The notes under the pieces: model-generated | The model's database searches: none | Told to the model about the DNA's origin: nothing | The model's input: the letters and a program-made list of their open reading frames with translations, nothing else | NCBI GenBank assembly: GCA_031400935.1 | Contig: JANNQV010000032.1 | Span: 1-64,000, forward strand | From: Armatimonadota bacterium | GTDB lineage: Bacteria; Armatimonadota; Fimbriimonadia; Fimbriimonadales; Fimbriimonadaceae | Length of the DNA: 64,000 nucleotides | Direction: 5' to 3' | Shown here: one piece after another, positions 47,801 to 57,249 of the stretch | How the letters are laid out: every line of letters begins with the position of its first letter | How positions within the stretch are numbered: the first letter of the stretch is position 1 | Position numbers and translations under genes: made by a program

Positions 47801-49813
47801 TTAGGGTTGTCGTGGAACCAAGATGGAACGAACTCGATAAGCCTTTTTAGCAGGGCCATAGGTTGGATTTCCGTAAGAGTCTCGACCTGTCACTTCCCGA
47901 GTTTCGGAAAAAACTGTGGTCGCAATTCGAGCACCCGTTGGACTCCAAGTTGGCTCGATTTCGTCGCCTTTGACTACCTCCCCAACCTTCCTCGTCACGG
48001 CACCGCCCACAAGAATGGCATGCAGCTGCCAGTTCTTGTTTCTTTCAAGACAAAACGCCACTCGCGCTGAATCGGGACTCCAGGTCCCAGAGCCTTCGTG
48101 TTCTTTATCGGCGGTTTGCGTCAATCGCTTTGCCGGCAGGTCATTCGGAGATCTACCGTTCGCTAGATTTTCAGCATTTATCGGCATTATGTATAACTTG
48201 TGTGCTCCAGATCTGTCGCTTACGAACAGGATTGATCGTCCATCTGGGCTCCAGCGAGGAAATTCGTCATGTGCCGGATTTGCCGTTACCTGTACTGGTT
48301 TCAGGCTGGTGGTGGATGTCAAATAAATATCCCATTTTCCTTTGCTTCCTGATTTCCGGTGATAAGCAATCCACTTGCCATCGGGCGACCAAGTTGGTGC
48401 TTCTTCTTCTGCGGAATCTGTTGTAAATCGAGTTTCCTTTTTGGCTTTTACATCATAAATATAGATGTCCAAATTCTTATTTCTTTCAGAATGGTAGGCA
48501 ACTTTTGTACCGTCGGGGCTCCAAGCGGCACCGCCGTTTTCTCCGTCTTGCGTGATTCTTGAAACCACGCCATCACTGCCCGAAATGTAGATATTTTTTT
48601 TCTTATCTCGTGTGCTCTGAAATGCGATCCTACGCCCACCAGGATGCCAGGCCAGTTGGCGATTTTCGCCAGCTCCGGTTACCATCGTGACGTCAGGCCG
48701 TGAGTCTCTCAAGTCCACACAGGTGCTCACCATTAGTTCAACAATTACGGAATCAGGCCGCACCTTTAGTGCCCGCTCAAAATATCCTTGTGCACCAATT
48801 GGGTCACGTTTGTGGGCTAGCAATATCCCACCCAAATTTGTGAGCGCATCAAAGTTTCCAGGTTCTCGACCAAGGGCTCTCAAGAAGGCTCGCTCGGCTT
48901 GGTCAAACTGTCGTGACTCCATCAATTCAAATCCTTGTTTGATTGAATAGTCAGCAACATTTGGCTTCAAGTCCGCCGCCTTTCCCCACATAGTGGCTGC
49001 ATTTTCGTGGCGTCCCGCCCTTGAAAATATATCAGCTAGTTTTATGATCGGATCAAATTCGGTAGGTCGGAGCATTGTCGCCCGAATCAGCCTTGGTTCG
49101 GCTTCTTTTTCATTTTTGAGTTCAATCAGGCACAATGCGAATTGGTACGCGACATCATAGTTGTTGAGGTTCTTCGGTTCCGAAATTTCGAAATACTTTC
49201 TCGCTTCGCTATATTTTCGTTGCTTGAACTGGCACGTTGCAAGGTAGTACGCAGCGTACGAATCATCATTTTGTATTCGATTTGCTTCAAGCAGACGTGT
49301 TTCAGCATTGGCAAAATCTGATTTTTGCAAGGCAACTCTTCCATATCCTAAGAAGCCCTCTGCGTTATCTGCATCGAGTCGAACAGATTTTTCAAGTTCC
49401 TTTTCTGCGTCGTCAAATGCATTTAGTTCGAGCAAGGCAATTCCCGCATGGCTTAGCGCGACAGATTTTCGTTCGTTTGACACTCGGCGCGTGGCAGCCG
49501 AAATAAATGCGTCGGCGGCTTCTCTCCAACCTGCTGACTTGAATTTTTTGTCGCCTGCATCGAGCGATTTTGTGTATTCGCCGAAGTCTGTGGTTACCCC
49601 ACACCTTCCGCAAAACTTGTCGTCAGGTTCCAGCTTACGTGGACCTGCAGGTTCGCCTGGCTTCGCCAAATTCTTGCATTCTGCATTCAAGCAAAATACC
49701 TGGGTCTGGCTTGTCGGACTAACGACATGAATTGCAAGAGTCAAATCCATTGCATATATTTGACCGCAAAACCAAGTCATCGGTACGACCCAAAGAATCA
49801 ATCGTTTGTACAC
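47801..49813 (-). CDS. Exported protein: Cys ribbon + TPR array + TolB-like (PD40) beta-propeller
   Basis: Signal-like N-terminus, CLNAEC…FCGRCG, multiple TPRs, repeated WSPDG blades. Confidence 0.85.
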   Translation of the reverse strand: MYKRLILWVVPMTWFCGQIYAMDLTLAIHVVSPTSQTQVFCLNAECKNLAKPGEPAGPRKLEPDDKFCGRCGVTTDFGEYTKSLDAGDKKFKSAGWREAADAFISAATRRVSNERKSVALSHAGIALLELNAFDDAEKELEKSVRLDADNAEGFLGYGRVALQKSDFANAETRLLEANRIQNDDSYAAYYLATCQFKQRKYSEARKYFEISEPKNLNNYDVAYQFALCLIELKNEKEAEPRLIRATMLRPTEFDPIIKLADIFSRAGRHENAATMWGKAADLKPNVADYSIKQGFELMESRQFDQAERAFLRALGREPGNFDALTNLGGILLAHKRDPIGAQGYFERALKVRPDSVIVELMVSTCVDLRDSRPDVTMVTGAGENRQLAWHPGGRRIAFQSTRDKKKNIYISGSDGVVSRITQDGENGGAAWSPDGTKVAYHSERNKNLDIYIYDVKAKKETRFTTDSAEEEAPTWSPDGKWIAYHRKSGSKGKWDIYLTSTTSLKPVQVTANPAHDEFPRWSPDGRSILFVSDRSGAHKLYIMPINAENLANGRSPNDLPAKRLTQTADKEHEGSGTWSPDSARVAFCLERNKNWQLHAILVGGAVTRKVGEVVKGDEIEPTWSPTGARIATTVFSETREVTGRDSYGNPTYGPAKKAYRVRSILVPRQP

Positions 49814-49864
49814 GGTTATTAGTATGGGCGCGAAAAGCAGAAAATGTCTAGTCTTCTGACGAAA

Positions 49865-51619
49865 TCAGCGTGGCCGACGACGGCCGCAATTGCTACAAAA
49901 GTCGCTGTTAGGTCCATTAGACTGATCTTCATTGGTAGTATGGCCAGCCCTGTTGCGACACGTCCATCCTCTCGGAGCCGGATCGCCACCGCTTGATCCT
50001 GAACTGCCCGTTCCCTTCGTAACTTGAGCATTCACGGGTTCTCGTATTACCCTAGAACCAGATTCTGATCTGCTGATTTCCTTTCCATTTTCGTAATTGA
50101 CTTGGTACGTGATTTCGCGCTGACCTGTTCGGCCCCGCCGCGTAGTTTGAGTTTTCCCTTTGCGAAGAGAGCTTGAATTCGTGTACGTAGTTCTGAAAGG
50201 TATGGAAACAGTCTTGGTTTCGGATTTTGTCCCTGTAAAACCAGTTGCGACTTCCTTAGTTCCTCGCGTAACAACCTTTGCTACGGGCGGCAAAGTCACT
50301 GCTGGAGCGCCCTCGGGTTTGCGATCAATTTCAGTACCGCCTTCCTTGTCGAACGTGACTTTGTAAGTTACGGTCTGCTTCCCTTCCACACCTTCAGACT
50401 TCGTAACTTCTTGGCCCTTTTCCATAGTTGGGTCGTCTTCATAAGTTGTTTCAAATGGAATGGATTCTTCTTTCGTTTCGGTTGTTTCGAACGGTTGCCC
50501 AACAGGAATATCCGTGTTTACTGGGGAGTCCGTGTTTGCCGGGGAATCTGAAGGTTGGGGGTCTGGGACTGAAATCGAGTTTCCACCTGACCCAGTATTC
50601 GCTGGATTATCAATCGGAACTTTTCCGCCGCTAAGCATCTTGGGCACAACCATCGCACCAACTCCGATTGTAACAAGTGCCACGATCGCGATTACAATTG
50701 CAACTATAGGGGATTTGCGCTCTGCGGTCGCCGTTTCGTGAGATTTCGTGCTCTTGCGTCCCGGTGACGGAGTGTTTCCACCAACGCTTTCGCCAGTTTC
50801 TGACTTAGCAACGACTACATTCTTCGCAGTCACCTTGTCAAGCGCCAGTTTCATTTCATTTGCGCTGGAATATCGTTTTTCGGGCTTTTTGGCAAGTGCT
50901 TTTTCAATTACAGAACGGACGGCAGAGTTGGCCTCTTTCGGCAATGGCGGTGGTGGCGTATTCAAATGTTTTTGCATGATGGCAAGTGAATTTTCGCCTC
51001 GAAATGGTGTATATCCCGCTAAAATTTCATACATCACGATGCCGACGCTATAAATGTCCGTTCGGGAATCAACCGGAATGCCTTCTGCTTGTTCTGGGCT
51101 CATGTAAGCGGGTGAGCCAACAGTTTTTCCCGCAACGGTCACATTTCCGGTAGAGCCTGCATCAAGCCCTTTAGCGACGCCAAAGTCGAGAATTTTTGCA
51201 GTTCCATCCGTACAAAGATAAATGTTCGCAGGCTTAATGTCTCTGTGAACGACCTCCATCGAATGGGCTTTCTCCAGTGCCATTAGGACTTGTTTGCCAA
51301 TATGTACAGCTTCGGCCTCGGTCATTGGGCCACGAGCAAGCCGTTCTTTCAACGACTCGCCAGTCAAAAGTTCCATGACGATATACGGCTGGCCCTGCTG
51401 ATCCACGCCTGTATCGTAAACATGAACCACATTTGGGTGATTGATTCTTGCAGCCAGCCTCGCTTCGCGAAGGAACCTTTCTACTGCAGCTTCATCGCCA
51501 GCAACATGTGGAAGAATAAACTTGATCGCAACGTCGCGTTCAAGCGCGGTATGACGGCCCTTATAAACGGCCCCCATTCCTCCGGATTCGATAATTTCGC
51601 CCAATTCGTAGTTTTGCAT
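49865..51619 (-). CDS. Transmembrane Hanks-type Ser/Thr kinase with two G5 domains and a C-terminal Cys ribbon
   Basis: GGMGAVY, VAIK, HRDIKPAN, DFG, YMSPEQ; TM helix; two IPF[ER]TTY…G…G G5 repeats; WTC…H…FCSNCG. Confidence 0.93.
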   Translation of the reverse strand: MQNYELGEIIESGGMGAVYKGRHTALERDVAIKFILPHVAGDEAAVERFLREARLAARINHPNVVHVYDTGVDQQGQPYIVMELLTGESLKERLARGPMTEAEAVHIGKQVLMALEKAHSMEVVHRDIKPANIYLCTDGTAKILDFGVAKGLDAGSTGNVTVAGKTVGSPAYMSPEQAEGIPVDSRTDIYSVGIVMYEILAGYTPFRGENSLAIMQKHLNTPPPPLPKEANSAVRSVIEKALAKKPEKRYSSANEMKLALDKVTAKNVVVAKSETGESVGGNTPSPGRKSTKSHETATAERKSPIVAIVIAIVALVTIGVGAMVVPKMLSGGKVPIDNPANTGSGGNSISVPDPQPSDSPANTDSPVNTDIPVGQPFETTETKEESIPFETTYEDDPTMEKGQEVTKSEGVEGKQTVTYKVTFDKEGGTEIDRKPEGAPAVTLPPVAKVVTRGTKEVATGFTGTKSETKTVSIPFRTTYTNSSSLRKGKTQTTRRGRTGQREITYQVNYENGKEISRSESGSRVIREPVNAQVTKGTGSSGSSGGDPAPRGWTCRNRAGHTTNEDQSNGPNSDFCSNCGRRRPR

Positions 51620-51675
51620 CGCCTGTTAGGTATTTATACTGCTATTTCTGTCGGGAGTTTAGCACGTTGAAGCAT

Positions 51676-52803
51676 TCATTGTGGATTTTCAATCCATGCA
51701 ATTTCCATGCCGGAAGGCGTTTTGATCAAAAAAGCAAGTTTTGATCCATCGCCAGAATACCTCGCATAACTCTCATTGGAAGCTAAATCTGTGAGCCGTT
51801 GGCGATCGGTACCATTTTCATTCGTTGAAAAAAGATCAACAGTTCCAAAAACATCAGATTCGTATGCTATTCGGTATTTTGGCCCCCACGTTGGCCTTCG
51901 ACTCGCGTTTGTACCTTTTGAAATTTGAGTTTCTGGCCCTTTGCCCGATGAAGGCTTCGCGAAAATTTGAGGAGAAGAACTGCCTCTTTGGCCTTCAAAT
52001 GCGATGTGGCATCCTTTTGGGCACCAAGACGGACTTGATTCGTCTCCAGGCGTAGTTGCGAGGGCTACCAAATTCGTCCCGTCAGCATTAATGATGTATA
52101 AATCGCCTGGGCCCCGTTCAATTTGTTTGGAAACAAATACGATTCGCAGACCATCAGGGCTCCAACGGGGCTGCCACAAATATCCCTTCATTACTAACAG
52201 GCTACGGGGCGTGCCGCCAAAAATTGATACAATTTTGAGCTGAGGATCGCCTGAAAGTCCCTCGGACACGTAAACTACTTCCCTGCCGTTCGGACTGATG
52301 TCCGGATCGTATTCCGCAGCTTTCTCAGAAGTTAACTGGGTTTCGTGTGGCCCTTTTTCTGTCAGCTCTAATTTTAGAACATCTGTCGTTTCATTTTTGT
52401 TTGAACCAAACACAATTGTTTGACCCAAACGATCAATGCCGATGCTCCGAAGAACATCGGCACCAGTCGTCAGGATCTTATTCGCAGGAACAGGTTGGCT
52501 TCTGCCAATTACTGCAACATTTGGGTGCTCAGAAAACGGACTCACACCTGAAGCATCTGGGGCCGGAGGCTTTGGCTTTGAAATTGGTTTCGCGGCAAGT
52601 TTTAGGGTCGCTCCACATTTATCGCAAAATTTCCATGTTGCTTTTACGGCCTTTTTACATTTCGGACATTTTGTAAGCCCTTGAACCGTTGTAATTGTGG
52701 CGTTCGCAGATATTTTTATGATCGAGGAATTCTGGACAGCAGTTGATACGGCAATTGCGGCAAGGGCAACAACAGTTACCGACAAAAGAGTTCTGGTCAA
52801 CAT
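51676..52803 (-). CDS. Exported protein: Cys ribbon + TolB-like beta-propeller
   Basis: Signal peptide, CPKC…FCDKCG, PD40-like blades (PDISPNG, PRWSPDG, PSWCPKG). Confidence 0.85.
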   Translation of the reverse strand: MLTRTLLSVTVVALAAIAVSTAVQNSSIIKISANATITTVQGLTKCPKCKKAVKATWKFCDKCGATLKLAAKPISKPKPPAPDASGVSPFSEHPNVAVIGRSQPVPANKILTTGADVLRSIGIDRLGQTIVFGSNKNETTDVLKLELTEKGPHETQLTSEKAAEYDPDISPNGREVVYVSEGLSGDPQLKIVSIFGGTPRSLLVMKGYLWQPRWSPDGLRIVFVSKQIERGPGDLYIINADGTNLVALATTPGDESSPSWCPKGCHIAFEGQRGSSSPQIFAKPSSGKGPETQISKGTNASRRPTWGPKYRIAYESDVFGTVDLFSTNENGTDRQRLTDLASNESYARYSGDGSKLAFLIKTPSGMEIAWIENPQ

Positions 52804-52956
52804 GGTTTTTTAATTCAGGAAGCGATGTATTGAGTTAGACGAACAAAGTATGATCGAATTGCAGAAAGTTCCAGTAAAATGTCTAGGAAAGAGCATAAAG
52901 GATATTATGCGTCTTCGTCGAATCTCTTTGAATAACTTTTGATTTGGTCGTCACAA

Positions 52957-54657
52957 ATGAAAAATATTTCTAATTTTTTGTGGGTTGTTTTGATAATTGC
53001 AGCGGCGATTGCCCTTTCGGGTTGTGGCAAACCGTCGCCGTACATTCAATTTGGAGACATCTTTGCAAAAACCAAGATAGGTGATGAGCAGAATGTTCAG
53101 CAGTACGTTGTTTTCACAGATGAAAAAACGAAAAAACCGATCGGCGGCTTGAAAAGCAAGGATGTGATCGTAACAGTTGGCGGGCGTCGAGTGGACGCCA
53201 CTCTTATCCCTAGCGTCAGCGGAATCGGATTTGCATTACTTGTTGATCAAGGTGGTTCACAAAAGCATTTTGACGAATCTCGAAGGCTTGCGGAAAATAT
53301 TCTCCTCCGGCTCGGTGTCAAAAAGGACAAGGCTGCCATTTTGGGTGCAAATGGTGGAACACCCAGGTTTGTTTATGAAGAACCAGCTTTAGCGGGAGGG
53401 AAACTTTCAACGCTAAAGCGATCAGGCAAAGGGTTTGAAGATACGTTTGACGCAATTGAGAGGGTGAAAGCACACGGGCTCTCTGGACTTCCTGCAGGTT
53501 CGAAAACTGGCACGATTGCTATCGTGTCTGGCGTGCCGCTAAAAGTCAAGAACGTTCGCGCCGAAGAAGGCATTCCTGTTGTCGTTATTGATGTCGCAAA
53601 AACTGATACTGCTGCCCTGAAATCAATTTCTGACACTACTGGCGGAATGTATATTTTGTATGAGCCAAACAGTACGGACACGATTGCAACCAAGGCCATT
53701 GCGCAAATTGAATCCGTGCATGCTCACGCATACTCACTGAGTTTTAGAATCAAGCAAAGCGAATGGCCACTTAAATACTCCTTGACGCTAAAGAATGGTG
53801 AAATCAATTCGACGGGAGATTTTGTTTCGCCAGACATCACGAAACGATGGATGGTGGTCATCGGAATCGCCATAGCGATTCTCGTGATCGTCATCGTGGT
53901 TCTTATTTTTAAGCGAAAGCCGACTGGTGGACCTGAAATCACAAGAGGTGCGAAGTGGTCTGACGGTTCGCCGAGATCACCCGGAGCACCTTCGCACTAC
54001 GACGATGATGATGAGTCAACGCGAGTTGGCACAGACGCATACAAACCTACGGGTGGATATCAGTCTCAAGGATATTCGCCGCCGCCACAAAGTTCTTATG
54101 GATCGCCACAAAATTTGCAAGGTGGCGGCATGAGTCAAAATGCTGGGGACGTGACGTCTGGAGCAATGGACGTCATTCAAAACCCTACCGTTGGGAGTAG
54201 CTACTCGCCAGGTGGTGGTGGATATGCATCCAATGCAGGCGATTCGACGGTTGGAGATATTCAGGCGGTTGCACCAATGTCTGGCGGGCCCCCAGCAGGA
54301 GTATTCACCGCATTGATCTTAACAGTTGAATCAGGATCTGCAAGCGGACGAGAGATTCGCGTTTCAGATCGAACCAAGTTAGGCCGAGGCGATGCGTATG
54401 CTCATAGTATGGGCGCGATCGCGTTTCCTTCTGATCCGAGAATTTCGCGTGAACACGCGGAATTGATGCCTGAAAATCGGGCAGGCGCAACATTTTGGTC
54501 AGTCGCAAACCGAAGCTCAACAAATCAGACTTATGTAAACGATATGGCAATTGCAGGAACGCAAGTACTCAAGTACAATGACCGCATTCGAATTGGTGAG
54601 ACATATTTGCGCGTACTAAGCGCACCAGCTGCAGATGGAGATTCGACAATGCGATGA
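52957..54657 (+). CDS. Lipoprotein-signal / vWA-like / TM / FHA protein
   Basis: Lipobox LSGC; ALLVDQGGS…LKSISDTTGGMY (vWA-like, degenerate MIDAS); TM helix; Gly/Ser linker; FHA motifs LGR…ISREHA…STNQTYVN. Confidence 0.8.
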   Translation: MKNISNFLWVVLIIAAAIALSGCGKPSPYIQFGDIFAKTKIGDEQNVQQYVVFTDEKTKKPIGGLKSKDVIVTVGGRRVDATLIPSVSGIGFALLVDQGGSQKHFDESRRLAENILLRLGVKKDKAAILGANGGTPRFVYEEPALAGGKLSTLKRSGKGFEDTFDAIERVKAHGLSGLPAGSKTGTIAIVSGVPLKVKNVRAEEGIPVVVIDVAKTDTAALKSISDTTGGMYILYEPNSTDTIATKAIAQIESVHAHAYSLSFRIKQSEWPLKYSLTLKNGEINSTGDFVSPDITKRWMVVIGIAIAILVIVIVVLIFKRKPTGGPEITRGAKWSDGSPRSPGAPSHYDDDDESTRVGTDAYKPTGGYQSQGYSPPPQSSYGSPQNLQGGGMSQNAGDVTSGAMDVIQNPTVGSSYSPGGGGYASNAGDSTVGDIQAVAPMSGGPPAGVFTALILTVESGSASGREIRVSDRTKLGRGDAYAHSMGAIAFPSDPRISREHAELMPENRAGATFWSVANRSSTNQTYVNDMAIAGTQVLKYNDRIRIGETYLRVLSAPAADGDSTMR

Positions 54658-55094
54658 GTATTGAAAACGCCCGACCTTTTGATCCAAACAACCGTCCCCT
54701 AAAGGGCGAGTGGATTCACATTTCAGCGGAAAGTGAAACCGCCACTATGCCCTCATTAGAGCAGGGTGTTGATGCAAGTTTAACTCAAGGGCACGATGTC
54801 GTCAAACGTGAAACGAGTGCAAAGCAAGGTTCGAAAATTTGGATGTACGTAGCAATTGCGTTGATTGTGATTGTCATCTCGTTGGTGGTTGTAATATCTC
54901 GAGGCAAATTAAGTAAAGGGACATTCGGCTCCACTTCATCGGAATCAAGTCCGAGTATTTCTGAATCTTCAAAGAGTGATTCACAAAGTCTTGGCGATGA
55001 TGCGCAAGCCAAAACTGGGGAATCGGACGCTTCTAAACCAGAAGTATCTAAAGGTGATTCAGAAGGGGAAAGCAGTCCAAGCGGCCCACAATAA
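54654..55094 (+). CDS. Small single-pass membrane protein with Ser/Glu-rich tail
   Basis: ATGA-coupled to the previous gene; one TM helix. Confidence 0.75.
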   Translation: MSIENARPFDPNNRPLKGEWIHISAESETATMPSLEQGVDASLTQGHDVVKRETSAKQGSKIWMYVAIALIVIVISLVVVISRGKLSKGTFGSTSSESSPSISESSKSDSQSLGDDAQAKTGESDASKPEVSKGDSEGESSPSGPQ

Positions 55095-55112
55095 TTAGAT
55101 TGAGAAAACGTT

Positions 55113-56498
55113 ATGGGAACCGAGATAATCATCGCACTTGCCGCGCTTGTTGTTGTAGCGTTAGCAGCGATTGCATATTCGTTTCTTGGCAATCAAGGCC
55201 CAAAGGTTAAGAAACCAGAAGCTGCTGGCAACGAGAAGCAAAAAAGTGGACATAGCAAGGACAAGCAAAAAAGTGTTAGCCCGCCGCAATCTCGACTTCA
55301 TGCTGATCAGTGCGTAAGTTTGTCTATTTCGGGCGGAAATACGATTCGTATTGAGGTTGAACAATTTCGGATCGGAAGAGCCGCGAAAGATGGGCCTGCG
55401 CCAGATTTAGACCTTGCCCCATTCACTGGAAAGTATGGTTCTCGAAATCACGCTGAAATTTGCATTGATCGGGGCTCCGGTCACTGGAAGTTACGTGATC
55501 TCGGCTCAATGAACGGAACGTTTGTCAATGAACGCCAGTTGCGTCCAAACGAAGAGCACTCGCTCAAGCACAGAGATCGAATTTCATTTACGGATCGGTT
55601 TGAAGTCAATTTTGAAGACCCCAAAAGCGGTGAGCGAATGCCGGGCATTTCGGGCTATCAAGTTGTCGAACTTGTCGCAAAGGGCGGAATGGCTGGGATT
55701 TATAAGTGTCGGGCGCAAAACGAAGAGCTCCACGCGATCAAAGTCCCACTAGATTACGGGGAAGACCCAAAGCTTTCAACATTAAGATTACAAGATGAGT
55801 TTGAAATATTGAAGCGAGTTCGAACGCCCCGCTCTGCCCGAGCAATTAATTTCACCCAATGCGCCGACGGACGGCCTGCAATGATCATGGAGTTTTTGTA
55901 CGGGCAAACGCTTCGGGCTCTTCTTCAAATCTCACCTGTCTCTCCCGTAGATGCAGTTTCCATCGGATCAGCGATCGCTGAAGGCATTGCTGCTTTGCAC
56001 AATTTAGACAGAATACATTGCGATCTCAAGCCAGATAACGTTATGATGCGACAAAAGATTGCATCTCCCGCCGAAATCGCGCAAAATGTTGTTATCATTG
56101 ATTTTGGAATTGCGATGCAAAATCGAACAACGATGAAAAATGTATTCGGATCAGCAAACTATCAGGCTCCGGAACATATTCTTGGGCAGCAGCTCACGTT
56201 AAAAGCTGACGTGTATTCTCTAGGTTGCATGATGTACGAAATGGTGGCGAACAGCCGGTTGTATCCAGAAGCCACTGAGGTGAGACAGATAAAAGAATTT
56301 CAAGTAAACCGAATGCCAATGCATGTTAAAGAACAAGCTGCAAATCAAGGCAGGAAAGTACCAGATGACTTGTCGAATCTAATTATGTTAATGCTTGAAA
56401 AAAGTCCAAACGTGCGTCCAGATTTGCAATCAGTGTCCGAACAATTAGGTCGGATCCGATCAACGATGTCTACGAGTAGTTTTGAGAGGAGCCACTGA
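55113..56498 (+). CDS. Membrane-anchored FHA-domain Ser/Thr kinase
   Basis: N-terminal TM; FHA motifs IGR…SRNHA…DLGSMNGTFVN; kinase motifs GGMAGIY, AIK, HCDLKPDN, DFG, YQAPE, DVYSLG. Confidence 0.93.
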   Translation: MGTEIIIALAALVVVALAAIAYSFLGNQGPKVKKPEAAGNEKQKSGHSKDKQKSVSPPQSRLHADQCVSLSISGGNTIRIEVEQFRIGRAAKDGPAPDLDLAPFTGKYGSRNHAEICIDRGSGHWKLRDLGSMNGTFVNERQLRPNEEHSLKHRDRISFTDRFEVNFEDPKSGERMPGISGYQVVELVAKGGMAGIYKCRAQNEELHAIKVPLDYGEDPKLSTLRLQDEFEILKRVRTPRSARAINFTQCADGRPAMIMEFLYGQTLRALLQISPVSPVDAVSIGSAIAEGIAALHNLDRIHCDLKPDNVMMRQKIASPAEIAQNVVIIDFGIAMQNRTTMKNVFGSANYQAPEHILGQQLTLKADVYSLGCMMYEMVANSRLYPEATEVRQIKEFQVNRMPMHVKEQAANQGRKVPDDLSNLIMLMLEKSPNVRPDLQSVSEQLGRIRSTMSTSSFERSH

Positions 56499-57232
56499 TG
56501 AGTAGCAAGAAAAATGGAGCCAGCTTTGGACTTTGCGCCAAACAAGGCAACTCGTCGAAAGTTCTGATGGACTATTGCGACGCTTATACATCGCCGGAAG
56601 GATCGCTGCTTTTAGCTCTTTCGGATGGGATGGGCGGCTATGGCGGTGGCGAAGTTGCAAGCGCGATTGCGGTTCAAACGACCATCGAAGTTTTTCAACG
56701 TTCTGGTTTTTCAAATGTGAGACAATCCTTGGCGGAGGCCATTCAATTGGCTAATCAACGCATCGTTGAAAAGCAACGAACGGACCCAGGGCTAGCTCAA
56801 ATGGGCGCAACTATCGTGTTGGCAGTGGCATCAGAAGGCGAGCTAACCATCGCTCATGTTGGCGATAGCCGAGCCGTTCTATTTCGCGGAGAATACTTGC
56901 TTCGCTTAACGACAGATCATCTTGTCATTGTTGAGCGAGAAGGTGCGTTGGACAATGGTGCGAAGAGCAATCCATTGTTTAAAGGAAAATCCAACGTCCT
57001 TTCGCGATATCTGGGAGGACCACCTCCCATTCCCGATTTCTATGAAATGAAACTTGAAGCAGGAGACGTAGTTTTTCTAGCGTCGGACGGAATCACGGAG
57101 TATTTGTTAGAAAGCAGAATCAGTCGAATTGTTCGGGAGGAGGCTCCCGAAGTGGCGGCAGTGAGCATAGTTGATGAAGCGATTCGCAATCGCAGTCATG
57201 ACCATTGCTCGGCAGCAATTGGAAAAATCTAA
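56498..57232 (+). CDS. PP2C/PPM family Ser/Thr phosphatase
   Basis: SDGMGG…GEVAS, HVGDSRA, LASDGI, HDHCS; TGATG-coupled to the kinase. Confidence 0.92.
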   Translation: MSSKKNGASFGLCAKQGNSSKVLMDYCDAYTSPEGSLLLALSDGMGGYGGGEVASAIAVQTTIEVFQRSGFSNVRQSLAEAIQLANQRIVEKQRTDPGLAQMGATIVLAVASEGELTIAHVGDSRAVLFRGEYLLRLTTDHLVIVEREGALDNGAKSNPLFKGKSNVLSRYLGGPPPIPDFYEMKLEAGDVVFLASDGITEYLLESRISRIVREEAPEVAAVSIVDEAIRNRSHDHCSAAIGKI

Positions 57233-57249
57233 TCCTTTAAGGGGGAAAA

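Noticed and set aside
52957..57232. Type VI secretion regulatory cluster
   Set aside because: Kinase, PP2C and FHA are present, but no recognisable Hcp, VgrG, TssB/C, TssL/M or ClpV.
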